NCBI GenBank assembly: GCA_051313645.2
Contig: JBNRSN020000004.1
Span: 30,442,001-30,506,000 of the forward strand
Source: Centroscyllium fabricii
Taxonomy: Eukaryota
Direction: 5' to 3'
DNA length: 64,000 nucleotides
The position numbers and the translations under genes were made by a program. Shown here piece after piece: positions 37,475-49,640 of the stretch. Position 1 is the first letter of the stretch. Each line of letters opens with the position of its first letter. The notes beneath the pieces are model-generated. The model was not told the DNA's origin. It was given only the letters and a program-made list of their open reading frames with translations, and did not search any database.

Positions 37475-37510
37475 CACCTGACGAAGGGGCAGACGCTACG
37501 AAAGCTTGTG
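37475..37510 (+). ncRNA. Minimal hammerhead ribozyme motif, inverted copy with one stem-II mismatch
   Basis: cacctgacgaaggggcagacgctacgaaagcttgtg. Confidence 0.6.
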
Positions 37511-38351
37511 ATTTAAAATAAAACCATTGGACTATAATCTGGTGTTGTGTGACTTCTTGCATTTGTCCACCCCAGTCCAACACCGGCACCTCCACATTAT
37601 AAATACTTTGTAAGTAACTAAGTAAGTAAATGTTATTGTCACCCAACCGAACAAAAAATTCAGAAGGTGAAATGCCTATTGCTATTCTATTGTAGCATAC
37701 TGAATCAGGTATTAATGGTTACCAAACTGCAGGAATTATCTATCATTTGTTCTGGTTAAAGTGCAACTAATATCTTTGTTGAAACCATTTATTTCACTAC
37801 CTAATTATTAATCTCATGATTTTTATGGTATTTTTCCTCAGCTGGTTCTTACAGGTGTTCTTGCATCATAAGGTGCTTTGACATCAGATTTCCTGCTATG
37901 AATTAAATAAAATTATATAATCAAGGACTCCGTTTCTGGTCAAGCTTTCTTGGCTTTGCACAAACATGAATATAGAACACATTTATTTTTATTTTGTAAG
38001 CAAAACGATGTTGTGGCAACATGTTTTGAGGGGTACGAACATGTCATGAAGGGGCAGAGAGTGGTGCATATTTTGGGACCAGCCAGATGTTTGTAATGGT
38101 CTTTCCTGGTCCTGCACCATCACATGTTCTTATGGTAATCTAGGTGGCTCCAAAAATTCACACCGTCTAAAATATAGAGAAACATTCATAGTAATTAAAT
38201 GGAAAATCTTATTCTGGTTTTTCCCCCATTTTAACCTGCATTCTGCACTCAAACGGAGGCAGGTATTTATAATCGTATTTTTATTAATGCATCACCTCTA
38301 CCAATTAATCACAAATTACGAAACTAGTTCAACATACGGTATCAGATTTAC

Positions 38352-40826
38352 CTGTCTTTGTTTTTCTTCCGTGTCCATATGACCTGTGCTTACGTTATTC
38401 TGCGTCTCAGAGGTCAACACAGATTGGACCTGATCTAGTGTTGGGGGCATACTATGAAACTGCTGCACTTGTGAATTCATGGGCGATCCTGTGGAGCTGC
38501 TGAAATTCATGGCATCTGATGTAGGTCCTTGCTGGTCACTAATATCATGATTAAGTCTCCCCGGCACAAATGTGTCATTAGTTTGAGGTCTTGAGGTCCT
38601 TGGTGGTTGATCATATGGGTCGTGTACCATATGTCCAAATGTGTCTGCGGATGGCCTCAGTGCTGGCGCAGGGGGTGAAAAAGGGTCATCAGACATTCCA
38701 GCTTGTCTGGAATTCTGAGGAGTTCGACAACGTAGATCAGCTGGTCGCACAAATGTATCTTGCAAATTTGGAACTCTGCTGCGTTGTGGTTGCAAGAATA
38801 GATCCTGATTTACCAACAAACTTGGTCTTGTCAATGTTTGCCGGTTGAATGACTCCGAAATAACTGGCCTCGGAGACTGTGGAGGTTGTGAAAAGGGATC
38901 AGAAACAACTGGCCTTGGGATTACAGGTTGTGCATATGGATCTGAATATCTGTGATTAATTGGTGATTGTACAAAATGATCTCCAACTAAAGGCCTTGGA
39001 GTACCAGGTGGCTGGGAATATGGATCTGCTTGCTGCGGAGAGGATCTTGGAGTAAGTGGCTGTTGTGTATATGGATCAACTGGAGCTGGTCTTGGAGTTA
39101 AAGGTGGCTGTGCGTAAGGATCAATTGTAGGCCGAGGGGTTCCAGGAGGCTGTGCGTAAGGATCAATTGTAGGCCGAGGGGTTCCAGGAGGCTGTGCGTA
39201 AGGATCAGTTGTAGGCCGAGGGGTTCCAGGAGGCTGTGCGTAAGGATCAGTTGTAGGCCGAGGGGTTCCAGGAGGCTGTGAATAAGGATCATTTGTAGGC
39301 CGAGGGGTTCCAGGAGGCTGTGAATAAGGATCATTTGTAGGCCGAGGGGTTCCAGGAGGCTGTGCGTAAGGATCAGTTGTAGGCCGAGGGGTTCCAGGAG
39401 GCTGTGCGTAAAGATCAGCTGTAGGCCGAGGGGTTCCAGGAGGCTGCGAGTAAGGGTCAGTTGTAGGCCGAGGGGTTCCAGGAGGCTGTGAATAAGGGTC
39501 ACTTGTAGGCCGAGGGGTTCCAGGAGGCTGTGAATAAGGATCATTTGTAGGCCGAGGGGTCCCAGGAGGCTGTGAATAAGGATCATTTGTAGGCCGAGGG
39601 GTTCCAGGAGGCTGTGAATAAGGATCATTTGTAGGCCGAGGGGTCCCAGGAGGCTGTGAATAAGGATCCTGAGGAGAGCATCTTGACATTGACCCTGGTT
39701 GAACAAACATGTCACCCTGGGTCTGCCGGGGAATTCTCTGACTGTGTGAAAATGGCTCATTCACAGGACGAGGTGTATGTGGTTGCTGTGTGTAAGGATC
39801 AATTGCCTGGGACTGGGATTGCACTGGGCTCTGTGGAAAGTTATCCATAGGTCTTGGGGTCAAAACAGTTCTTTCATATGGATCGATAGGGTTACGTCTT
39901 GGGGTTAGAGGCATGGGTGCATAAGGATCTTGAGGCGACTGAAGTGGTGGCATTGGTGTCTTAAACAAGTGTCCACTTCCACCTTCAATACCTGCTGGAC
40001 TTGGTGCCTGTTGAGATCTTAAATATACATCGTGAGGCACCATTCGATTATGCGGCATCTGAAGTCTAGGAAACATATCAGGCCTAAGTGCAGGTTTAGC
40101 AAAGGGATCATTTGCAATTCCTTGCATATTCCCTGATGGATCAGGATTCATAGGTGGTCTTGGCAATCCTAATGGTGTTGAAAAATGATCTGTTGATATT
40201 GTCATGGTGGGTCTAGGAGTATCGGGTGCTTTTGCATAAGGGTCATTGCTGACTGGTGATAATGACCCAAAAGACTCATTAGCTAATGAAGGCCTATTTC
40301 TCTCTATCTGTTCAGTAGCTAGGGATGGCCTGGTTACACCTTGAGGAACAGCACAAGAATCTAAAGAGGACACTGAATTTCTTCTAACAACTGGTGGTGG
40401 TCTTGGTGTTCCTACCATTTTAGCATATGGGTCCCAAGGAGATGACGGTCTTGATGCATTAGCAGCTGGAGAATACATTTGTGGTGGCTGTGACTGTGAA
40501 GTCTGGGGCTGTGTAAATGGATCCTGCAATGGTATCCTGGTTGGGGTCGGTGGAGGAGCCTGAGGTCTTAGAAAGACATCATCTGTTGATGTTGATGTAG
40601 AAGTGCCAGCAACCTGAGGCCTTGTAAACCCTTCTTTAGGCAATTGCTGCAGAGGAGACAAGTGCCCATTGTCCTGTTCACCTGCTTTAGGGCTGTTGGA
40701 ATCCTCCCCTGCAGACGACTGATGGGACCCAAACTGCTGTTGCTGTTGCTGCTGCTCGTGTTTCACTTGTTCCAGTTTCTGTGTAGCTTCAATCTTGGCT
40801 TGCTGCTTACTCTTCTGGCGCATTTG
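38352..40826 (-). CDS. KMT2C: KMT2C large Pro/Gln-rich exon (2,475 nt): QMRQKSKQQAKIEATQKLEQVK...TEEKQRQ
   Basis: 835-aa ORF in the track, aacAG acceptor, GTAAAT donor, phase 0/0. Conserved motifs SPWDPYAKMVGTPRP and DDVFLRPQAPPP. Confidence 0.97.
39081..39668 (-). repeat. Coding minisatellite in KMT2C: 14 x 42 bp encoding DPY(S/A)QPPGTPRPT(N/T/I)
   Basis: Read directly in DNA (ggctgtgaataaggatcatttgtaggccgaggggttccagga) and in the protein. Confidence 0.95.
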
Positions 40827-41231
40827 CTGTTTTTGATATGAGGCGAAAGATAAAATGATCAGGTTTATGTAACTTGAATGACAAATATTGCTAATAAGGA
40901 AGCTGAAGCAAAATCCTTAACGTTGTATTTAAAAACTTTCCCATTGCTGAAATAATCAAAATATTGTTTTGTCTGGCACACTTAATGTGCAAGTGTCAAG
41001 AATTGAATGCTGAGAAATCCACCTACTGTAAACTCTGGTGCACAATTTGCAATTCATGCAGGTATAACCTGGCAACTTGGGATGCTACACATGTATTATT
41101 GTAATAAATAATTTCCCAGGTGCCTTTTTACACCAGTATGATCAATAGACCAGATAGCAGTTTTGTCTTAAAAACAAAGTTATATTTTAGACCCAATATC
41201 CAGTCAATACTATTCTGATTACTCTAATTAT

Positions 41232-41521
41232 GCCCTGTTCCTGGGACTAGGGACAGGGTCACTGGCAAGGCTTGGAAGCTAAGCAGGGCCAGGCCTGGTC
41301 AGTACTTGGATGGGTGACCACCAGGGAATACCAGGTGCAGAAGGTCACGAAAGGAGCCCCGGGGAGGGGCGGTTGGCTGAAGATTGTCGGAATGATGGAA
41401 AGATGGAATGGCGGCGCGCACAGACGCAGCGGCTTTGCTGGACTCTTGGGAGCTTGCAAGATCACATTTCGTTGTTCATGTACTTGTACATTGTAGAATG
41501 ACAATAAAAAAGTTGAATTAT
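41232..41521 (+). mobile_element. 5S rRNA-derived SINE (SINE3-type) with Rex1/Babar-like tail
   Basis: 41273-41345 matches the 3' half of 5S (GGAAGCTAAGCAGGG..GGCCTGGT.AGTACTTGGATGGG.GACC.CC.GGGAATACC.GGTGC). The tail aligns to 56170-56225. Confidence 0.78.
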
Positions 41522-42077
41522 TAATTATATGCACATTGTTCCAATTATTGTTTGAAGTCTGTAGGAAATTTGTCGTCATTTTTTCCCCAAAGAGATCACT
41601 GACAAAATGGACAACGGAAATACTGTTATATACTCTGACTTTCAGAAAGCTTTTGATCAGGTTTCACTTCAACAATGGATAAGGAGACATGGGACGGCGA
41701 GTAGGTATGGTGCTGAATATATACATACGGTTCAGAAAAGGGAAAGACAGAATAGCCATAATAAATAGGACTTAAAAAAAAAAGCTGCAAGCAGCCTACC
41801 AACTATTTGCATAGCAAAGAGAAAATATTAACCAATTTATGCCATTGTGCTTCTGCTAAAAGGCACTGTAATCATATCACAAATTCCCTCCGTGGAAATG
41901 TGAGATTATGTTGATTTTTTGAAGTAGCCCTGAAAATGCAAAATAGTGGTACAATGAAAAAATATTCTGTAGGTGAGTGTTTCAACACAGATAGTGGCTC
42001 AGACAGCCAGAATATGTTGGCAAGTTGGTGTTGGCTGGGGGAGGGGCATCTGTTTACCGAAGGCAAGGGAGGATATA

Positions 42078-43365
42078 AGAACATAAGAATTAGGAGCAGG
42101 AGTAGGCCAATCGGCCCTTCGAGCCTGCTCCGCCATTCAATAAGATCATGGCTGATCTGATCCTAACCTCAATTTTATTTTTACTCTCCACCCCGCCCAA
42201 ACCAATGTAATCACCTGGGAGATGTGAAAAACCAGACATGGCCGATCTCAACCTAGCCTCACGTCCACCTACCAGCCCTTTCACCATAACCCCTAATTCC
42301 CTTTAATTCCAGGAAACTGTCTATCTCAGTTTTAAATTTATTCAACGTAGTAGCTTCTACAGCTCTCTGTGGCAGCAAATTCCACAGCCGCACCACCCTC
42401 TGAGTAAAGAAGTTCCCCATCATCTCAGTTATAAAATGGGAGCCTTTTATTTTAAGATTATGCCCCCTAGTCCTAGTCTCACCCACCATTGGGAACATCC
42501 TCACCGCATCCACCCGATCAAGCCCTCTCACAATCTTATATATTTCAATAAGATCGCCTCTCATTCTTCTGAACTCCAATGAGTAGAGGCCCAATCCACT
42601 CAGCCTCTCGTCATATGTTAGCCCCCTCATCCCCGGAGCCAACCTAGTGAATCTTCTCTGCACTGCCTCGAGAGCAAGTATGTCCTTTCTTAAATAGGGA
42701 CACCAGAACTGCACGCAGTATTCCAGGTGTGGTCTCACCAATACCCTGTACAACTGCAACAAGACCTCCCTGCTTTTATACTCAATCCCCTTAGCAATAA
42801 AAGCCAACATTCCGTTGGCCTTCCTTACCACCTGCTGCACCTGCATATTAACTTTCTGTGTCCCCTGCACCAGGACCCCCAGATCCCTTTGCACTGAAGT
42901 ACTTTCCAGTTCCTTTCCATTTAGATAATAACTCGCTCTATTATTTTTCCTGCCAAAGTGCATAACTTCACATTTTCCAGTATTATACTCCATCTGCCAA
43001 ATCTCTGCCCACTCACTTAGCTTATCTATGTCCTTTTGCAGGTTTTTAATGTCCTCCTCATTCATCACCCTCCCTCCCATTTTTGTGTCATCCGCAAACT
43101 TTGATATGTTGCACTTGGTCCCTTCTTCCAAATCGTTAATATAGATTGTAAAGAGTTGGGGTCCCAGCACCGACCCTTGTGGAACACCACTAGTGACTGA
43201 CTGCCAGTCTGAGAACGAACCATTTATCCCAACTCTCTGTTTTCTGTTAGAAAGCCAATCCTCCACCCATGCCAGAATATTACCCCCAACCCCGTGATTT
43301 TTTATCTTGAGTAATAATCTTCGGTGGGGCACCTTGTCAAATGCCTTTTGGAAGTCCAAATACAT
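42078..43365 (-). mobile_element. CR1 LINE, 5'-truncated, uninterrupted RT frame (about 365 aa)
   Basis: ORF 42259-43377 with VPQGSVLGP and KFADDTK. A related 3' UTR occurs at 60398-60985. Confidence 0.95.
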
Positions 43366-43834
43366 ATGGGTCGTCAAAGAGGGAGAATTTTGCTCGTGTG
43401 ATGAGGAATGGAGTTCCTGATCTTTCTGGGCAATTTTCTATAACAAAAACAAGAAAGCAACTTTATCTGACTTGTTAGAGGAGGTTTATCAGTTGTTCCA
43501 CCACTGCCTTGGCTGAGAACACCTAACTTAGCACCTCCTTGATGGGTAATGAAAAATCAGACAAATAACACACTACCCTAGTGGTTGAACACCTTCCAAC
43601 AAATCCATATCCAAAATTCTCAACAAAGTATGACCACCAAGGCCATTTTTGCAGGAAAATGTTTGATCGAGGAGAGAGAATAATTTTTTTTAAAAGCCTA
43701 AAAATAAAGTTAAAAAATCAGGCAATTTTATGGGGGCTTTTGATATGATTTTTAAAAACAATTCTAACCTATCACATGAAAACCATGTGCATATAAAACA
43801 GCTTTCCACTGTGACAGCTAACATAGAATTGTTA

Positions 43835-45412
43835 GAGGCAAATTGTGTCTGACAAATTTAATTGAGTTCTTCGATGAAATAACAAAGAATTTGATGAAGA
43901 TAGTGCAGCTGATGTTGTGTATATGGACTTTCAAAAGGTATTCGATGAAAGTACCACATAACAGACTTGTTAAAATCAAAAGTCCTTGAAATTAATGGGG
44001 CAGTGGCAGCATGGATACAAAATTGGTTGAGAGACAGGAAGCAGAGAGTAGTGAATAGATTTGAGCCTTTAACATACTCAGTGGTGGGAAAATTATTGGA
44101 AAAAATTCTGAGGGACAGGATAAATGTTCATTTAGAAGGACACAGATTAATCAGGGATAGTCAGCATGGATTTGTTAAGGGAAGGTTGTGCCTGACTAAC
44201 TTGGTTGAATTCTTAGAGGTAACAAGGAGGGTCGATGAGGCTAGTTCGCTTGATGTTGTCCATACGGATTTTAGCAAGGCTTTTGATAAGGTGCTGTATC
44301 GCAGTATGGTCACGAAAGTAAAAGCCCATGGGATCCAAGGCAAAGTGGCAAGTTGGATCTAAAATTGGCTCAAAGGCAGGAAGCAAAGGGCAACGGTCGA
44401 AGGGTGCTTTTGTGACTGGAAGGCGGTTTCCAGCGGGGTTCCGCAGGTCTCAGTATTGGGGCCTTTGCTTTTTGTGGTATATCTCAATGATCTGGAAGTA
44501 AGATTAAGAAGTTTGCTGATGATACAAAAATTGGCTGTGTGGTTCATAATGAAGAAAGCAAGCTGTGGAATGCAGGAAGATATCATTGGACTGATCAGGT
44601 GGGCAGAACAGTGGCAAATGTATTTCAATCTAGAGAAGTGTGAGGTAATGCATTTGGGGAGAGCTAACAAGGCAAGGGAATACACTAAGAAGTGCAGAGG
44701 ATCAGAGGGGCCTTAAAGTGCATGTCCACAGATCCCTGTAGGTAACATGACAGTTACATAAGGTGGTTAAGAAGACCTACAGGATACTTATATTCTATGC
44801 CTTGGCTAATAAAGACAAGAGCAGAGAGCTTATGCTTGAACTGTATAAAACACTAGTTAGGCTGCAGCTAGAATACTGCGTGCAGTTCTGGTCACCACAT
44901 CACAGGAAAGATATGATTGCATTAGAGAGGGCGCAGAGGAGATTTACGAGGATGTTGCCTGGGTTGGAGAATTTTAGCTATGAGGAAAGATTGGATAGGC
45001 TGGGGTTGTTTTCTTTGGAACAGAGGAGGCTGCGGGGAGACCCAATTGAGGTTTATAAAATTATGAGGGGCCTAGATAGAGTGGACAGGAAGGACCTATT
45101 TCCCTTAGCAGAAGGGTCAATAACCAGGGGGCACAGATTTAAAGTAATTGGTAAGAGGTTGAGAGAGTAATTGAGAAGTTTCTTCACACAGAGGGTGGTG
45201 GGGGTCTGGAACTCACTGCCTGAAAGGGTGGTAGAGGCAGAAACCCTTACAACATTTAAAAAGTACTTGGATGTGCACTTGATGCAGTAACCTACAAGGC
45301 TACGGACCAAGCACTGGAAAGTGGGATTAGGCTGGATAGCTCCTTGTCGGCCGGCACGGACACGATGGGCCGAGTGGCTTCCTTCTATACTGTACATTTC
45401 TATGATTCCATG
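43835..45412 (+). mobile_element. Degenerate CR1 LINE fragments
   Basis: SQHGFVKGRLCLTNL, WQMYFNLEKCEVMHLG and LEYCVQFWSPH ORFs. Confidence 0.88.
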
Positions 45413-48003
45413 ACCTCTCTGCAGCCTTTAAGATGGTTGACCACATCATTTTCCAATGCCTCTTCTCTGCTGTTCAGCTCCGTGTGATCGCCCTGGCTTG
45501 TTTCCACCCTTATCTATCTACGGGTAGCCACAGCATTTCTAAGAATGGCTTCTCGTCCTGCCTGCCACCCCCCCAGTCACCTCACAAATTACCCTTCCAT
45601 CGTCTCTTTTGGCTCAACATCCATTTTATTTGATTATGCCTCGCTGAAGCACTTTGGGCATTTTTCTATGTGTAAGGTGCTATATAAATACATACTAATG
45701 TTACTGTTATATACTCAAATGCCTATTATTCAGATAAGTGCTATCATTAAATATAATTATTCCTGCAACTTGATTTACCAGCAGGCTGACAAAGACACCT
45801 GGGACTCTATAAATTCATCAATACAGATGTATCCCATTCCCCCCCCCATTCTTCCCCACGGTCCAGACGCATCTTTAAGTTGCATGCAATGCCGCAGGAA
45901 ATATAATAGTTTGCATTTTATACTTATATATGATTAATAGTTTTTGTATCATTTACCATCTTAACTTTAAAAAAATTAATTTGAAATGTTTTGAGCCGCT
46001 TAACAATGTTATAATGTCAACAGAGAATAGCCCGATTTTGAAAATTAACATTCCTAGTTACAAAATATTCAGGAGGGTTAGAGTCGGAAGAAAAGGATAA
46101 TATAGGAGACGAATCGGAAAAATCTGAATATATTTGGTTAGAGTTAAGGAATAAGTAGGAAACTGTTGTGAATTTATTATTGGCTACTGCAAGTGGAAAG
46201 GAGATAGAGGAAGAGATATGAGGACAAAAATACAGAAACAATAGGGCTACAAATAGTGGATCACTTTAATTATTCAAAGATAGACAGGGGTAAAAAGGGA
46301 GGGGGCTTCTACGTGTCCAAGATTCCTTTCATCTTTAGTCCAATAAGGAAAGTGGCAGTGCTAGATCTGGATCCAGAAAAAGATGTTGAGCAATTTGGTA
46401 ATGTCAGGATATGGGGAACATTTAGTAAACAATGACCATGACATAATTAAGTTTAATATTTAAAAAAAGGTAAAGGTATTCGAGTTGAAAAAAAGCAAAT
46501 TTCAACAAGATAAAAAGGGAACAGATAAATTGATTTTCAAAAAGCATTGGATAAGATGCTGCACACGAGGCTTGTTGAGGCAATTAAAGTGCCTGTTATT
46601 AAAGGGAACATGGCAGCATCAACAGTAAATTAGCTAAAGGCCAGGAAACAGTGGTAGTTAATGGATTCTTATTATTTGTTTTTGGGATATGGCAAGGCTA
46701 CTTTTATTGCTCATCTTTAGTTTCCACGAGGGCATTCAGAGTAACTCACACAGACTGGGTAGGGGTTGCACGTTCCTTTCCCTGAAGGGCATTAATGAAC
46801 CACTTTAGGTTTTGTACAACAAACCAGTAAATTTAGCAGTACTGGTGCGAGCCCACAAATGATCAGATATGTTAAATTCAATTTCATAACTTGCTGTGGT
46901 GGGATTTGAGCTCAGGACCCCTCTGTTGCGAGGCCATTACCATGATCACTAGGCTACGGTGATGGGATAACAACACTGGTGTTCCAAATATGTCAATTTT
47001 AGTACTACAACACACGCACACGTGATGTAAACTTGAGTATAGGGCCACAACATCAAAATTTGCAGAGAACACCAAAATAGGGAGTGTAGTTGACTGTGGA
47101 GAGGACTACAGGGAACTTCAGGGGGGGGGGGGGGGGTACAGATAGGAGATTGGGCAGATGAAATTTGACGTAGAGAAATGTAAAAATATATTTTACGTAT
47201 ACACTAAAAGGTAAATCTTTGAACAGAGTAGAAGAGCAGAAAGACTTAAGGGACTAGTTCCCCTTCGCAAACCCCTTGTCTCCCATATAATCTAACTTAT
47301 TTGGAGTGTATAGTCAAACATAGCATTTCTGATTCTTGGAGGCAGAATAAGTATTTTCTTTTAAAAAGTTGCTCATTTCATACCTCCTTCCTGACTGACA
47401 TATTTCTTGTCATGCTGTCTTCCTTCTTCCCCTGTAAAAACATTGGATTTGCATCTTTTTCTTTATCCAGGATCAAGAGGGAATGTCTAACAAGGTCAGA
47501 GAAGGTAGGGTTTTCTTTCTAAAAAAACGGAATGTGCCTTTGGAAAATGTGGATCCATTTTTTAAAAAGGTAGATTAAAAATTAAATGGGTTGTTAGTTT
47601 TCACCAGTGAGCAACAGTCTGTGCCACGGAATTCTTTGGCTGGGATCAATGTTGCTCCATGGCCAACCGCCAGAAGATGTAAATTAACTTGGGCAAAATG
47701 GACAGCATCCCCTAAAACTGTCCTGCAACACTTGGCGCTTCATCTCACAGTCTGGATGAAACTTAATACAATGGTGGCAAGATCAAATTTAGGTGTTTGA
47801 ACCTTTAATCTTCGAGTTAACTACTGCCATTCCAGACAGCCTAAATTTGGTTAATGTGGGTTTTTAAACAAAAAATAATGTTGTCCCGTGTGCATTGAAA
47901 TTCTGTGCATATTTTAGCCACAGATTACAGGCAGTTAGCTAACAAAATTCTACGGATATGAGCCTCACAAATTATCAACAGTAACACGTCTGAATCCGAA
48001 TAC

Positions 48004-48186
48004 CTGTCGAAGCTTCCATTCCTGTTCATGTTCCGATTCCTTTTGCTTTATCTGATCCTTAAATGGCAAGTCAATATCCGGGCGAGATACAGAATCAATG
48101 CATTCCTGCTGTTGTCTTCTCAAAGTCTCGCTGGTCATCTGTACCTTGTTTATGCGCAGTGCTGCACGATTGTCTCTTGCTTTTTG
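48004..48186 (-). CDS. KMT2C: KMT2C exon: QKARDNRAALRINKVQM...KQKESEHEQEWKLRQ
   Basis: ttttcAG acceptor, GTATTC donor, 183 nt, phase 0/0. Confidence 0.95.
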
Positions 48187-48332
48187 CTGAAAAATGCATT
48201 AGAATTAACTTTCAATTTGCAATTGATTATTATTTCACTATTTTAACATTGCAAACGGTGAATTTGATAGTTATCAACTTTAGGATATCAAAAGCCCAAA
48301 ATAATTACCCACTGGCAAAACTGTAAGAAAAC

Positions 48333-48794
48333 AAATGCACGAAGTCACTCAACACCAGGTTATAGTCCAACAGTTTTATTTGAAATCGCAAGCTTTCGGA
48401 GCGTCTGCCCCTTCGTCAGGTGAAAGAGAAGTTGACTTAAAGAACGCACATATGGAAGGGAGAGAGAAACCTGATCCCCCACATCTCACCTTAGCAGAGA
48501 CAGACAGAGCACACAAAGGCATGTTAACATATTTTAACATATCAGTCTGAGATCAATGAGGCACAGTCAGAAGGGGTCAAATGCTGCAAAACACACAGAA
48601 TGATTTTAAAAAAAGGAATTTCCTTACAAGACAAAGATGTCTCTGGTCTGGATGACTCTACTCTTAGAATGATTTTTTAAAAAGAAATTTCCTTACAAGA
48701 GTAGAGTCATCCAGACCAGAGACATCTTTGTCTTGTAAGGAAATTCCTTTTTTTTTAAAAATCATTCTGTGTGTTTTGCAGCATTTGACCCCTT
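48333..48794 (-). mobile_element. Penelope-like 3' UTR copy with hammerhead motif (48387-48422) and fold-back
   Basis: Colinear with 36745-37060; 48571-48665 is inverted at 48697-48794. Confidence 0.8.
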
Positions 48795-49302
48795 TGGCCC
48801 ATCGCGTCCGTGCCGCCCATCAATCCAGTCTATACTAGTCCCATTTCCCCGCATTTGGTCTGCAGCCTTGTATGCTGTGGCATTTCAAGTGCTCATCCAA
48901 ATGCTTCTTGAATGTTGTGAGGGTTCCTGCCTCTACCACCCTCTCAGGCAGTGAGTTCCAGACTCCAACCACCCTCTGGGTGAAAAAGTTCTTCCTCACA
49001 TCCCCACGATACCTCCTGCCCCTTACCTTGAAATTATGCCCCCTAGTTATTGACCCCTCAACCAAGGGAAAAAGTTCCACTCCATCCACCTTATCTATTC
49101 CCCTCATAATTTTGTATACCTCAATCAGGTCCCCCCTCAGCCTCCTCTGCTCCAAGGAAAACAACCCCAGCCTCTCTTCATAGCTGAGGCTCCCCAGCCC
49201 AGGCAGCATCCTGGTGAAACTCCTCTGCACCCTCTCCAAAGCAATCACATCCTTCCTATAGTGTGGCGACCAGAACTGCACACAGTACTCCAGCTGTGGT
49301 CT
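48795..49302 (-). mobile_element. CR1 LINE 3' fragment
   Basis: RPQLEYCVQFWSPHYRKD...NAGKWD ORF. Confidence 0.9.
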
Positions 49303-49566
49303 GAAAAAATCTACATTATATAAAGTACTAAAATGCTTTGGCATAATGTAGTAAAAGTCTTTAAAAGGACTCTGCTCATTCAACTGTAGTTTATTGGTCT
49401 CCTTCTGAGACTTGAGAAACTTAAAAGTAGATGTCCCAATCTATTATAATACACTGGTGGAAACTCTTCTGAATTGAATAGCACAGTTAAATAAATCAAT
49501 GTGATTTCATTCCTTACATAACCACAATATTCAGTGTATAAATCATGTACAGAAAATTATGCTTAC

Positions 49567-49640
49567 CACATAAGGTGCTCTCTCTTGGGAGCTGGCCTTC
49601 CTCCACAGTTTAGCAATTTGTTTCACTCTGGTAGCCCAAT
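49567..49640 (-). CDS. KMT2C: KMT2C exon: DWATRVKQIAKLWRKASSQERAPYV (HMG box)
   Basis: ttcAG acceptor, GTAAGC donor, 74 nt, translated by hand. Nearly identical to the vertebrate KMT2C HMG box. Confidence 0.95.

Larger units (their letters stand above)
36745..37599 (-). mobile_element. Penelope-like element: 5'-truncated GIY-YIG C-terminus, 3' UTR and an inverted pseudo-LTR
   Basis: SLPVGEHFSGQGHSASDLRVSILQGG...EQRLIAKFRTHEHGLNRD. 36745-36841 is the inverse of 37463-37561; 12-bp direct flanks TAAATACTTTGT. Confidence 0.88.

Noticed and set aside
39098-39760. 220-aa Leu-rich alternative-frame ORF within the KMT2C exon
   Set aside because: By-product of the 42-bp repeat lacking stops in a second frame; no independent support.
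41273-41345. Functional 5S rRNA gene
   Set aside because: The 5' ~45 nt of 5S are missing, there are several substitutions and no T-run terminator, and it continues into a LINE-like tail.
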